A program made the position numbers and the translations under genes. This document shows, one piece after another, positions 40,703 to 52,758 of a stretch of 64,000 nt of DNA. Source of the DNA: Hyaloraphidium curvatum SAG 235-1 (lineage: Eukaryota; Fungi; Monoblepharomycota); the NCBI GenBank assembly GCA_025558095.1, contig JAIVFI010000001.1, positions 186,001-250,000 on the forward strand. The letters run 5' to 3'. Position 1 is the first letter of the stretch. Each line of letters starts with the position of its first letter. The notes under the pieces are model-generated. The model worked only from the letters and a program-made list of their open reading frames with translations, ran no database searches and was not told the origin of the DNA.

Positions 40703-43700
40703 ATGAGCGGCGCGTGGCCGCCGTGGGCCCGCCGGCGTCTGGACGAGCGCAGCGACACGAATGCGTTCCTCATCGTGGGTGGCTGGCTGGCTGCCCGGCG
40801 GGGTGTGCTGACTGACCCGTGCCCCCCGCTGCCCCCCCGCTGCCGGCCCCTCTCCTCCCGCCCCCGCCACGCCCCGCCACCTGGCTGGCTGCCGACGGCT
40901 GGCTGGTGACAGGCCAACGTGGCTGCGGCGCCGTTCCGGCGGCTGGCGGGCCACGTGGCGCCGGGGGCCGCGCGCGCCGCCGCCGACGCGCTGTCCGCCG
41001 CCGGCCTGCCCGCCGCGTGGCGCCCCGCCGACGGCGCGCGCTTCGGCCGCCCCGCCTTGGTTGCTGAGAGCCCCGCCGCGTCGTCGACGCGCACCGCCGC
41101 CGTGTCGCCCGAGGCGTGGCACGACGCGCTGACGCCCGGCACCGCAAACACGCCGCACACGCTGCCCGCGACCCCCGGGCCGTCACACCAACAACCAAAC
41201 AACGTGCAAACAACCGCGTCAACAACGCAACACGGGGCCGCCGGGGGGCTGCTCGCCGGGGGGCTGGCGGCGGGGCACCCCGGACCGGCAGACCACCCGT
41301 CGCCCGCGCACCCCATACATCCCGCCCTCCCCTCGGGCGACGGGCTGATCGAGCTGTGGCTATTCCCTTTGCCCTCCTCCCCGCCCCCGCCCCCGCACCT
41401 GCTGCTCGGCTTCTCCGACGTCGAGGCCGGCCTCGTCTCGTCCTCGACGCCCCGCGACTCGCCGCCCGCCGCGCTCTTCCGCGCCGCCCTCGCCCGCGCC
41501 CTCGCGCGCCCGCCCATCCGCCGCCTGGGCGCAGCCTTCCTGCTGCCGGCGCCAAACACCGTCGGCGGCGACCCGCTGTGGGCGGAATGGGACGCCTCGG
41601 CGAGCATCGAGGGCGGCGTGTGGCTGCACTCGGCGCCCGCGGGGCGGAGGTGGCGGCCCCTGCGCCCTTCCGATCTTCGGACGACCGTCAGCGGATCGCG
41701 GGCCGGTGTTCCCCCCCCCGAGGTCGCGATCGCGCCCACCGGAACCCGCGCCCTCCTCGACCCCTCCCCTTCTTCGGCCCCCCCGCACGCCGTCTTCCTC
41801 GCGGACTGGACCGCCGCCTTCGGCCCCCCACCTGCCCCACCCCCGGGCCTCCCTCCCACCGTCCGCGTCATCCTGCACCCGTCGGGCGCCCGCGCGCGCG
41901 TGCCCTCCTCGTGCGTGCTCGTGCGCGCCCCCGGGTCCGCGGACGCGGGGGAGGCGGTGCCCGGGGTACGGTTTTCGATGGTGCCCGGCGGACAGGACGG
42001 GGATCCGGGGAGGTGGTTCCGACCGTGCGGGGCGGGGGAGGAGATCGCGTTCGCGGCGAGGGGGCCGCGGTTCGACAAGCCCGCCGAGGCACCGGGCGAA
42101 GGGAAGAAGGGGGAAGTGGGGCGCGGAACGGCCGCGTTGGCAAAGACGGGCGAGTTTTTCGAGCCGGCGGGGGCGACCGCGCCCGAGGACGCCCAGGCCG
42201 ATCTCGCCGCGCCCCCGTCGGTGCCCGCCAAGCGCCCGCGCTCGCCGTCCCCCGAGGACGATTTCGGCGGGTTCGGCGCGCGCCGCGAGGACGCCGACCT
42301 CGAGCTGGAGATGGTGGGGGACGACGAGTTTGACTTTTTCGAGGCGCGGCCGGCGCCCAAGCGGGTGCCGACGCCCGCGAGCAGGCCGCCGAGCGCGCCG
42401 GCGAGGCAGGCGACGCCCGCGGTCGCTGCCGCAGCGAGGGCGGAGCCTGAAGTGGCCCCGCCCGTGCAGCAGGAGCTGCCTGCGCCTGCGGCCGCGTCGC
42501 CTCCACCATTCCCGACGGATGCGGACCCTACCCCGGCTCCGGAACCGGCGCCGCCCCCCGACCTCCCCTCCCAACCCTCCCCCCTCCCCCCGCAACCGCC
42601 GCCGCGCATCCCCCTCCCCATCCCACCGTCCGCCCTCCCCCCGCTCCCGACCACCCCCTCGGACCCGCTCCTCCCGGCGCCCTACGCCCCCGTCGCCATC
42701 CCCCCGGCGCTCGTCGTGGCCCCCTACGCGGAACGGTGGCGGTACTCCCGCGCCGCCGCCGCTCAGGGCGGGAAGGACGAGCGCACGGTGGAGTACCGCG
42801 TGTTCGCGTTCGGCGCCGGTGCTGCCGCGCGGGAGGAGGACGAGGGCGAGCGGGAGGTCGGCGGGGGCGCGCTGCTGCTCCCCGACGGGCATCTGGAAGG
42901 GATACATCCCGAGTTGCAGGCGCAGGTGCAGGTGCAGAGGGTGGCGGGGCAGGCGGCCGCGGTGTTTCTGGAGCAGCTCGCGCACCCGCTTTCGTCCTAC
43001 GCGCCGCCCGTGCCGCGCGTCGGGGAGGGAAACGAGGCGCGGCCCGAGGCGGGCGGCTGGGCGGCGTGGGCGAGGGCGGCGGAGGGGGTGGGCGGGCTGG
43101 CGGTTGGGCTGGGGGTGTTTCTCGGTGGGTGACTGGTGCTCCTGACGTGGGACGGGGAACCGACGTGCTGACTGGCTGTGTACAGAATCGGACGGCGCGC
43201 GCAGGGAAAAGTCGCGGATCGTGCGGCGCTCGGCCAAGAAGCGGGACCAGCCCGTGCAGCCCCTCGACCCGCCCGAACTGCTCGCCTCGCGCCCCGCCGA
43301 CCCCCCCTCGGTCGCGCGGTGGGAGCTCGCGGGGCTCGGCCCTCGTGCCGGCCCGAAGCGCGCACGGTGGCTCGCCGTTTGCCCTTCGGGCCTCGCTGCC
43401 GCTGCCGGCAGGTGGATGGGCGAGGTGGCGGCGCTGTGGAGCTGCGGCGGGATGGGCGAGCACCTGCCCGCCGCCTTACCGTTCGCCCCGGACGGGGTTG
43501 TGGTCGCGCCCGCGATGGACGGTGAGGGGGCGGCGGGGGCGGCCAAGGGGATGGCGGCGGCGATGGAGCGTCTGGGGGCGGCGCTGGCCCGCGCGGCGGG
43601 GGAGTCGCCGCCGGCCGCGGACGGGCCGTTCCCCGGGGGTGCGGCGGGGGCGCAGGTGGTTGTCTACGCGTTCGAGCCGGTGGGCGACGCGGCGGGGCTG

Positions 43701-45298
43701 GCGGCCATGTGCGCGGCGTTCGCGTCGCGCGTGCTGGCGCCGCTGGCGGCTGCGGCGGGGTGGGGGCCCGCCGAGGCGGCGGCGCGGGTGGTGCTGCACG
43801 CCGTGCCGGCGCGCATGTTGGCGCGGGCGGCGCTCGGCTTCTCGCTGCCGCCGCGGGAGGCGGCCTTCGACATGGCGCTGGGGACCTACGAGCGGCTGCG
43901 CCGCCCCGTGCGGCGCGGGCCGGCGGGTGGCGACGACGCCAACTTCTACGCCGCCCGCGCGCCGGCCGTGGTGCTGGGCAACCGCCCGCGGACGCCGCTG
44001 TTTTCCGCCTCGCGCGCGGCGCGGAGGGAGGCCCCTGCGAGCCCGCTCGAGCCGGACCGCGCGGTGCACCTGGGCTACGCCGTGCTGCCCGGGCGCGGGG
44101 CCGCCGTGGGGATGCTCGCGGACGCGTTCGGCGAGATGGCGGAGCCGTTTGCCGTGTGGGCGCCGGCGGAGGAGCTGGCGGGCCATGCGGAGCACGAGGT
44201 GCTGGCGGGCAAGGTGTGGGCCGAGGCGCTGTCGAGGCTCGGTGCCGGGGCGGGGTTCGCGTGGAGGGTCGTGGTGTGCGCGGTAGGGCCTCTGGGAGCC
44301 GAGGAAGTGCTCCGTGGGTGTTTCGTCGATGTGTCGGATTCGGCGCGCGCGGTGCTCACCCCTTTGCGGCAGACTGGAACGATACCATCGCTCCTTGCAT
44401 CCGGACGTGGGAGCAGGACCTGCACAACCCCTGGAGCCCCTCCCACATCCTCGACGAGCAGCCGCGGTTCCCTCCCCTTCAGGACGCCGTGGAGCGCGCC
44501 AACGCCCTGGCCGTCTACCGCAGCATCAACAGCGTCTCGCTGGTTTCCCTCGATCCCCGGCCCGCGCTGCGCGTGTTCCCGCAGCTCGCGCGCGAGCCCG
44601 ATGTCGCGGCGGGGCAGCACCCTTCGACGCCGCCGTCGGCCGTGGACCTGGAGGAGACGCCGCCGGCGACGCCGCACGGGAGGCTTGCTGCGGCGGTCGA
44701 CGCGGTGGCGTCGGACGACGGCGTGGGGTCGGGCATGGAGCAGGTACACGCGCTCATGTGTGTCGGCCGGCGGGTGCCGCCAGACCAACGTGCGGGGGCG
44801 GATCCGGCGCCGGCGCTCGCGACAGGGTGGCTCGTGAGGGTGCCGGGGCCGCAGTTGGAGATGGCGGGGCAGACGACCCAGACCGTGCGGGTGGGTCGGG
44901 TGTTTCGGGCGCCCAAGGCACGTTGGCTGACCCGCATTTCGCGGCAGGTGGACCTCTACTCGCACGCCTCGAACCTCGCCGTCGACGCTGTCGGCACCTG
45001 CTTCCCTGGCTGGCTGCCGCAGCCGGCGGCCGCCAAGCCGGCAGGTCCCGCGGGCGACCACGACGGGGCGGGCTCGGCGCCGGCCCCGAGCCACACGGCT
45101 GTGCTTCGGGACGTCCTGCGGCAGTTCAACGCCCTGCGGTTCCTGGATCCCCGGTCCTTCCGGCCAGCCCCAGTCGTCGGGCGCTCGCTGGGCACGCCGA
45201 GGGCCGGGCGCGAGGACCTGCTGCCGTTCCATCTGAGGGCCGTGGAGCGACTGCGCTGGGGCGTGGAGCAGCTTCCGGCCGACGCGTTCGGGACGTAG
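40703..45298 (+). CDS. MED13: Mediator subunit 13 (Med13/Srb9)-like, multi-exon
   Basis: N-terminal SDTNAFLI; DDEFDFFE; VHLGYAV; C-terminal PALATGWLV...VLRDVLRQFNALRFL...LLPFHLRAVERL, resembling Med13_C. Confidence 0.65.
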
Positions 45299-45460
45299 AG
45301 TTGCTGATGGACTGTGCGGGTGCCGCTCGGGCCGTACCGCGTACGAGCGGGGAGCGGCGAGCGCTTCATTCAAACGTCCTATTCGAGGTGCATTTTTGGT
45401 GAGGTGGCGGCTGCGGTGCTGCTCTTCTTTTGGATGACGGAAATCGCGATCCACTTGGCT

Positions 45461-45746
45461 TGTAGGCTTGGGTTGGTCGATTGGGGTAAGAAGGCGGTTC
45501 CAGTCCCCAGAAGAGTTCTAGAAAAGTCCAGTAAATGCGGCGAGCGAAGGGGAGTGGCGATGGACGGCGGGGAAGCAGTTGCGAAGGTACAGGACGTTTT
45601 AACTTCTATTTCTATCGACTTCAACTAGGGCGAGTCGGCTAAGGGCGACTGCGCAGCAGTGCTGCGCAGTCGGGACGGCGTCGCAACGGCGTCGCAACGG
45701 CGTCGACGGCGTCGACTCCGCCCTGCCTATATAAAAGCGCGGGACA
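45461..45746. repeat. LTR-like segment (TGT...ACA) with TATA box, palindrome and short tandem repeats
   Basis: Begins TGTAGG and ends GGGACA; TATATAAAA at 45728-45736; no flanking TSD. It may be U3 of the downstream gypsy LTR or a separate reverse-oriented LTR fragment. Confidence 0.35.
45646..45716. repeat. Perfect 13-bp inverted repeat followed by ACGGCGTCG(CA) x4
   Basis: CGACTGCGCAGCA-G-TGCTGCGCAGTCG at 45646-45672; then ACGGCGTCGCA ACGGCGTCGCA ACGGCGTCG ACGGCGTCG. Confidence 0.85.
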
Positions 45747-45868
45747 TGTAATCGAAGAATCTTGGTCGCCTCCAACCCCCACGTACTCTCCGTGTCGCTT
45801 CGGCTTCGGCGTGCAGTCCGCCGAGCCCGCACTCTGAGAGCCCTTGGGACGCCCGGAATTTACCCGGA

Positions 45869-48007
45869 ATGGACCCCCCTGACACAGGGCAGGGGCCCAA
45901 TGATGCGGCCGCTCCCGTGGTCCTGCCTGATGGCAAGGTCTCCCCTGCGCTCGCCGCGGCCTCCTCGGAGGCGCTTGCGAATCCCGTCCACTCTTCCCAC
46001 GCTCCCGGCGTCGCTGCCTCTCCTCGCCTCCCTGGCGCGGCAGAGGAGCCCGCGCCGGCCCCCGCTGGTGCTACGGCTCAGCTGACAGGTTCTAAGGAGG
46101 ACGCTGCTGAATCGACCACTGAAATCCGCCCCGCGTCCGCCAACGGCGGCGCCCGGGAGGAGCCGGCTCCGCAGAATCGTCTCCCGAAAGCAACCGCCCC
46201 CGCCACGCGCCTGGGGTCTCGCTCTTTCGCCGCAGCAACGTCGCGCACCTCGCCCGACCGCCCGATTGTTCGTGTCACGGACGGCGCGATGGCGGAGCAT
46301 CTGGCTTCTGCCATGCCTTTCTCGGCGCCCACCAACTACGCCAAGCTCATCGATCGGGTGCAACCGCACGCCAACGGTCGGGGCTACACGCCGGCCTTCA
46401 TTGGGCCTGTCCCCCACTGCCTCATCGACCTCAACGGTGTGCCAAAGGACCGACGGCGCGTCGTCGCCGAAGCCGTGGCGAAGGCGACCTTCCCCACCAC
46501 CGTCTTCACGACCGAGACGCGAGGCTACAACCCGCGTTACTCGCGACTGGACCTCTTCTGTGTTGTTGGTGCTGTCGACGGGGCAGACGCTATCAACGCC
46601 TTGGTGGAGCAGGGGGTGCTGGAGGTCAAGTTCCCAAACGGCCCGACGCGTCGGCTGCGCATCCACCCTGTCTTCAAGGACACGCACGCCGAGCTCAAGA
46701 TCGGGCCCATGATCGTCCCTGGTTCGGTGCACGAGTGCCCGGACTGGTGGGCCCGCCTCTACGCGACTTTCCAGAACCACTATGGGGCCCCTTGCCAAGT
46801 CATTGAAGCGGCTCCCATCTCGGGCACCGACAGCAACGCCTTCTGGCGGGTCACTTTCGACGTCTCGCAGTGCGGGGTTGATGCCTTCTTTGACCGTGCA
46901 GCACGCATTGGCCCACCCTCGTACTGCTTCCTTGACTCGTGGGGGACACTCCTCCAGCACAAGCTCCTTCGCCCAGCTGTCCGCTATGACAGTAGCAACG
47001 GACAGTGCGGCCACTGCAAGCGCACGGGCGGCCACGTCGGTGACGATGCCACGTGCACCAACTGTGCTTACTGCCCAGACGGTCTCAACCGCATGAATCC
47101 CGGCGCCTTTGCCAGCCCGCAAGCACGCCGTGCGCACGAGGCGGACTGCATTCACAACCCGGCCAACGTACGGCTCTCTCCCCCAACGGTGGAGCCCGCC
47201 ACGACCCCGCGGCTGCCCCCCCTGAGGGAAGAGGTCGTTCCTCCGCATCTGGCTTCCCCCACCGCCCCTGCGGCCAACGAGTGGCTTACAGCTGGGCCGT
47301 CCGGCAAGCGCGCAGGCTCTGCGCCCCCAGCTCTTGCCCAGCCAGTGGCCAAGGCGTCCCACAACAGGTTTTCGGCACTCGGTGGTGGTGGTGCCGGTGC
47401 TTCGGTCGATTGGGGGGAGTCTGACGCCGCCGAAAAGATGGATTTCCATGGTCTTCCCATTTTAGAGCCGGCTGACAAGGATGGGGACGAGGACATGGGT
47501 GGTGCCGACCAGCTGGCCGCTGAGAACGCCATCAGCAGTGCTGCACAGCAGGTTGCAGCCAATACCGCGCTGGAGGATCTGGAGCTTGCTGCTCCCGCAA
47601 TGGAGGGCACGGAATCTGCGATGGAGGAGGATGCCACCGGCTCTGAGGCCTCGGGTGGAAACGACGCCGCCTCCGAAGCCTCTGCTGAGGGCGATGGTTC
47701 GAACTCGGAGGCACCAAGCGAAGACATGCACACGGCCGATGAGGCCGCTGGGGCATCCGCGGTTGGTGATCCTACGATGGCCCCAGGCCCCAAGCACGCA
47801 GGCAAGGGCCGTCCCGTGGAGGATGTGGCAGGGACAAACCCGGACAAGGTTGCCAAGCCGTATCAGCAAATCGACGTCAAATCCGCCAAAGCGGAACGGA
47901 AGGCCAAGGCGGCCGTTCGCAAGCTCGGCTCCCCCCAGGCCAAGGCCGCCTCCACGTCAACCGGATCCCTGCTGCCGGCTCCTGGCTCACCGTCCTTGAA
48001 TGCCTAA
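45869..48007 (+). CDS. ORF1, gag-like nucleic-acid-binding protein (copy 1)
   Basis: 712 aa; RSFAAA and NRFSAL motifs typical of LINE ORF1; Cys/His knuckles CGHCKRTGGH...C and CAYC...H...C. Confidence 0.75.
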   Translation: MDPPDTGQGPNDAAAPVVLPDGKVSPALAAASSEALANPVHSSHAPGVAASPRLPGAAEEPAPAPAGATAQLTGSKEDAAESTTEIRPASANGGAREEPAPQNRLPKATAPATRLGSRSFAAATSRTSPDRPIVRVTDGAMAEHLASAMPFSAPTNYAKLIDRVQPHANGRGYTPAFIGPVPHCLIDLNGVPKDRRRVVAEAVAKATFPTTVFTTETRGYNPRYSRLDLFCVVGAVDGADAINALVEQGVLEVKFPNGPTRRLRIHPVFKDTHAELKIGPMIVPGSVHECPDWWARLYATFQNHYGAPCQVIEAAPISGTDSNAFWRVTFDVSQCGVDAFFDRAARIGPPSYCFLDSWGTLLQHKLLRPAVRYDSSNGQCGHCKRTGGHVGDDATCTNCAYCPDGLNRMNPGAFASPQARRAHEADCIHNPANVRLSPPTVEPATTPRLPPLREEVVPPHLASPTAPAANEWLTAGPSGKRAGSAPPALAQPVAKASHNRFSALGGGGAGASVDWGESDAAEKMDFHGLPILEPADKDGDEDMGGADQLAAENAISSAAQQVAANTALEDLELAAPAMEGTESAMEEDATGSEASGGNDAASEASAEGDGSNSEAPSEDMHTADEAAGASAVGDPTMAPGPKHAGKGRPVEDVAGTNPDKVAKPYQQIDVKSAKAERKAKAAVRKLGSPQAKAASTSTGSLLPAPGSPSLNA

Positions 48008-48851
48008 AACACCACCAAGCAAGTGGCAACGCCGAGTAGTGGGCTGCTCTTCTCGGCGCCGAGCTCGTCCGGATACCTCCCGGGCGCGGTCAGCCCCTCC
48101 ATCTTTTGCTGTTTTGCAGTCTTCACCGGTACGCCAACTACCACTATCTACAACGTCTCACCGAGTTCCGAGGCCGTTCGCGGCAGCAGGGGAGACTTCC
48201 GACATTGACCCCGCGTCCCCCGGGGCCCCTCGGCCAAATGCCGTGCCTAGCTTGGCCGAGGGTCACACTCTGCCCACGCCGCCCCGCGGCTCCTCCCGCT
48301 TGCCGGCACCAGCGGGGGGGAAAGGGGCGGCATGCTCGGAAGTATCTCCCTCCTCGTCATCGCAGATCTTGATCGCTGATGCCCCGGCTTCGGCCGCTTC
48401 CATGCTCTCGGCGCACCCAGGCCATCCTCCGTGGGAAACCCCAGCTGCAACCGCCGTGCCGAGCTTGCAGCTGCCGCCTGCGCCGCCCCGCACAACCCCC
48501 GGCACGCCGCCGGCACCAACGGCCGGGGGGGGGCAGAGCTCCTCGGAAGTATCCACTCCGACGCGCACCTTGCCTCCTTGGTATGCTCACACGGAGCCCG
48601 GTTCGCCGGCGCACCTCGAATGGCCAGGTTCCGAGCTCCTCGATGACGGCGGCAGTGATGCTATCGGTGACGCGTGGTCGGCGCTTGCGGCCTGGCACAG
48701 GGCGGGGGGCGACCTGACCGAGTCACAGGAGGTTTGGATGCGGACACATGCGCTCGACGATTGGGAGATCTCGTCGGACAAGGCACCGTCCGCGGTAGCT
48801 GATCCTGGCGGCGGGACACCGGCATCGCCGCCGCCACCGTATTCGCCATGA
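48000..48851 (+). CDS. ORF2, Pro-rich 283-aa putative protein (copy 1)
   Basis: Overlaps the ORF1 stop (ATGCCTAA) and the RT ORF start (ATGA); open in both copies. Confidence 0.4.
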   Translation: MPKTPPSKWQRRVVGCSSRRRARPDTSRARSAPPSFAVLQSSPVRQLPLSTTSHRVPRPFAAAGETSDIDPASPGAPRPNAVPSLAEGHTLPTPPRGSSRLPAPAGGKGAACSEVSPSSSSQILIADAPASAASMLSAHPGHPPWETPAATAVPSLQLPPAPPRTTPGTPPAPTAGGGQSSSEVSTPTRTLPPWYAHTEPGSPAHLEWPGSELLDDGGSDAIGDAWSALAAWHRAGGDLTESQEVWMRTHALDDWEISSDKAPSAVADPGGGTPASPPPPYSP

Positions 48852-51800
48852 GCTGCACGCCGCTCCTGCCTTACAGCTGCCACCGCTGCGCGGCAGCTTT
48901 CGCCAACATCGGAGCTCTATCTCATCATCACCAATCTTGCATCGACGGCGATGTGCCGATGGCGGAGGCGCCTGCTGAACCCGGCCTCCATGCGTGCCCG
49001 GTTGATGGTTGCCGCTTCCAGCCAACTCCAAACAAAAACAAACGGGACGGTCATCTTCGGGTCACACGGAGCCCGGAGCACTGGTTGGCGATGCAGCGCC
49101 TGTCTGCCGATGCGTTGCGCGCCATGGGGCTAGCGCGGTGCGGGGGTTGCCGGCGTCCCTACGCCGCAAACGCCTCTGGTGCCGGTGTTTCTGGACAGCA
49201 CACCTCGTGCAACCCGGACGCAGCTAACCCGCCACTCGGCGTCTCTTTAGCTTCGCTTCCACCCGATCTCGTCGAGTTCCTCGACCGCGTGCGTGCCGAG
49301 CGGGCGGCTGCCACGGGACGCGCGGAGGGACCGGCGTCACCAGCGGCATCGTCGGCATCTCCCCGTGCTTCGCCACCCGCGCCCGCGCTGATGGCGGCCC
49401 TTGCGGCCGCCCGGGTTGCGGCCGACGCCCCGCAGGACGGCCAGGCGCAACGGGCGGCGCTGGCGGCGGCGGCGGCGGCGGCGCGTGCCGCCCCGGACGG
49501 CGGTGATCCCCCAGGCGGCGACGGCGCGCCGGGCGGCAACGCTGCGGCTGGCGGGCACGGCAACGGCGGTGATCCGGGCGACCCGGGCGACGGTGGTCCA
49601 CCCGGGGGTCCCGGGCCTGATCCGCCGCCGGGCGGGGGCGCGGGGGCGCCGCCGCCGGAGCCGCTGAAGCACCGCTACCGGACCACCACCTGGAGCACGC
49701 TCGCCTTCCGGGCCAGCGAGTCTTTCCAACGGGCCTACGAGGACCCGGCGGCACCGGAAACCGACCTGCACCGCACTCTCACCGCCTACCTTGCGTTTGG
49801 CGGCTACGTCATGTCGGGGGACTACATGTACGAGCAGAACTACTTCGCCGCCCGTCAGGTCAACCGGGGCGCGCGGCGGGACGGGCTGCGGCCGCTCAAC
49901 TACCAGCTCTTCAAGTCCATCGTGCTTGCCGCCTTGAAGGGCGCTCCTGGTGCTGCGTCCGCGGCCCTCTCGGGGGAGGCCGTTCCGGCTGGCTTCACGC
50001 CCACGCTTCAGGCGGAACTGGAGGAGCTGTACCCGGGGCCGCGGGAGGGAGAGCCGCTGTGTCGGCTGTCTCTGCCCCCCAACGCGCCCGCGCCCTGCCC
50101 TGCCTACACGGACGCGGCTTTCCTGGAGGACATCTGGGCCCGGTTGCGCCGGAAGAAGGACGGCGTGGGGGCCGGCATGTCGGGTTTCAGCATGGCCAAA
50201 CTTTTCATCGTGCACAACTGCGAGAACGACGCGACGCGGCGGAAGCTCCGCCCGCTGGCGGCCATGGTGCATGGCGTGTGCACTGGCCGACTCGACACCC
50301 CCATGCTCCGGCCGCTCCTCACGGATCAAATCCTCGTCCCTCTGCTCAAGCCGGAGGGGGGGCTCCGGCCGATTGGCATTATGGAGGGCATCACGCGGCT
50401 CGCGGGCTCGTACCTGGCCGTGCGGCACAAGGCTCTTCTGAGGAAGCTCCAACAGCAGGAGGACCTGGGTCACGGGGTGGACGGGGGCGCGGAGGCGACC
50501 GCCCACGCGGTGAACGCGTGGCTGGCGGCCTTCCCCGACCACGTCGTCATGAAGGTCGACTCTAGGAACGCCTTCAATACGCTGCGCCGCCTCTTCGCGC
50601 GCGAGGTGGTCCGCCAGGTGCCTCAGCTTATCCCGTACTACAACCTCGTTTACTCGCGCCCTTCCCACGCCTACTTCCGCGACCGGCGCTCGGCGGAGCT
50701 CCTTTTCCGGATCACCATGTACGAGGGCAACATCCAGGGCGACCCGCTGTCGTCTGCCATCTTCTCCTGCGCCATGAGCCGCATGCTGCGGCCCATCCGC
50801 TCTGGGCACCCCGACTGCCTCATCCTTGGGTACCTCGACGACCTCACCGTGGTCGGGCCGCTGGACTCGGTCATGGCCGTCCTGGGAGAGGTGCGTGACG
50901 GCCTTTCTTCCCTCGGCATGACCCACCGCCCGGACAAGAGCTACCTGCTTTCGCTCTCGACGAACCCGGCCGTGCTGGAGCGGGTGCGCGCGGCCGGTGC
51001 GGCCCACAACATCCGCGTCGCTGGCTTCCCGCCTCACGAGGCCGACCCCGAGGTGCATGCCACGGCGTCGGCCCCGGGCTCGCCTGACTTCGCTCGCTCG
51101 TGCGGCCTCAAGGTGGTAGGTGCCCCGGTCGGCACCCCTGCCTATGTGGAGTCGTTCCTCGCGGCCAAGATCGACTCCATTGCCGCTCTTCTCGATGAAA
51201 TCGAGCGCGCCGCGCTCGGCTACGCCATGCCGGCCGACATCCCCTCCCTCCAGGGCCTGTACTCCCTCCTCCGTCTCTGTGTGACCCAGCTCTTCTCGTT
51301 TTGGCTCCGCATTCTCCCCCCCTCGGTTACCCAACCCTTTGCTCGACGTCTTGACAACGCGCTTTTCACCACCTTCTTGCGCTTGCTGGGAGATCGGGCC
51401 GAGGATCTGGATCCGCTGTCGGTGGAGGGTCGGACTGTGCGGGAGCAGGTATTCTTGGGTCTGCACTACTCGGGGATGGGGCTTCTGTCATCGGAGAAGG
51501 TGGCCTCGGCGGCTTACCTGTCTTCACTCAACCTCACGGCGGGCCCCTTGGACGCCATGCTTGGTCTTCGAACCTCGGCCCGGGGTGTGGGCGTGGAGCA
51601 CGTGCGGGAACTGGTTCCCGTCATCGAGGCCCTCCGCCCCGCCTTTGAGCGTGTCGAGGATGACACGGCCGCAGCGTACGCCGAGGCTGCGCGTGCTGGG
51701 CAACCGGTGGGCGCCGCGCCCGCCCGCCGTACGCTCCCTGCGGACGCCAGTTTCTTCGCTCAGCCGGTCTGGCACGGCCTGCAGAGCGACCTTACGCGTC

Positions 51801-52758
51801 TCGAGGACCAGCGCCGCCTCGCGGCTCTGATTGCCTTGCAACCCGACACTTCCGCTGGTCTGGAGCGCCGCAAGCGGCTCGTCCAGGCGCAGGACGGCCT
51901 GTCGGCTTTCCTGACTGCCTCTCCCGCGCTGCTTGCCAACCACATTCGCAACAACTTTTTCCGCTTACTTGTACGCTTCCGGCTTTGCCTCCCGCTCCTG
52001 CACGAGGCCGACTACCCTGGCTTTCCTTGCCCTGCCGGCGGGGCTGCAAGCGATCGGCCATGTCGCTGACGGGGGAGCACGCGTTCTCGGGCTGCTATGG
52101 CCGGGATCTCTTCAGTCCTGGTCACGACGACATTTGCGCGGCCATCCGCGCGGCGCTTCGCTCCATCCCGCTCCTCCGCGTGCACCCCATGCCGCCAAAC
52201 CTCCTTGCGCATGGCTACGAGACTGTCACCCCGCCCACGCCTGCGGATGCTGGCCGCCTTGGCGACATTCTCATCACGCACCGCGAAACCCGGAAACGGT
52301 GGTTGCTCGAGATCAAGACCCTCACCTCTATGGCCCATTTGCACACGGGCCTGGTCTTCTCGGTCCCGGGCCACGCAGTCGAACGGCGGGTCGAGGCCGC
52401 CAGGAAGGACTACTCCCGTTTCGTCTTCAACGCCAACTTCTACCCTCTGATCGTGCTTGCTTTTGATTCGTACAGCGCTGTCTCTGCCACTTTCTCGCGC
52501 TTCTCCTCGGAGATGGGGCGCATCCAGTATCCCGGGATCGTCGGCCGCGATGGGCAGCCCGTGGACCTCGATGGCCTTTACTCTCGTTTTGTGCGGCGCT
52601 TCCGCGAACGGATCGCGGTGGCCTGGGCTCTTGGCGTCGCGGCCCAACTCCAACACTGGCTTCAGCTGTGCACCGAAGCCGCCGCTGTCAACGCTCCGGC
52701 CCCCGCGCCGGTCGCTTTTGGTTTGAATGTAGATGAGGAGCTGATTCTTGGGGCGTAG
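48848..52758 (+). pseudogene. Zinc finger-RT-RLE polyprotein (copy 1), frameshifted at about 52021
   Basis: CTGGCTTTCC here versus CTGGCCTTTCC in copy 2. The 1-bp deletion disconnects the endonuclease domain. Confidence 0.85.

Noticed and set aside
45675-45716. CRISPR-like repeats
   Set aside because: The units are only 9-11 bp with no spacers, in a eukaryotic context.
45869-45960. HDV-like ribozyme at the element 5' end (GGGCAGG/CCTGCCT could form P1)
   Set aside because: L3, P1.1, P2 and the catalytic J4/2 do not fit, and the implied cleavage site is not the element boundary.
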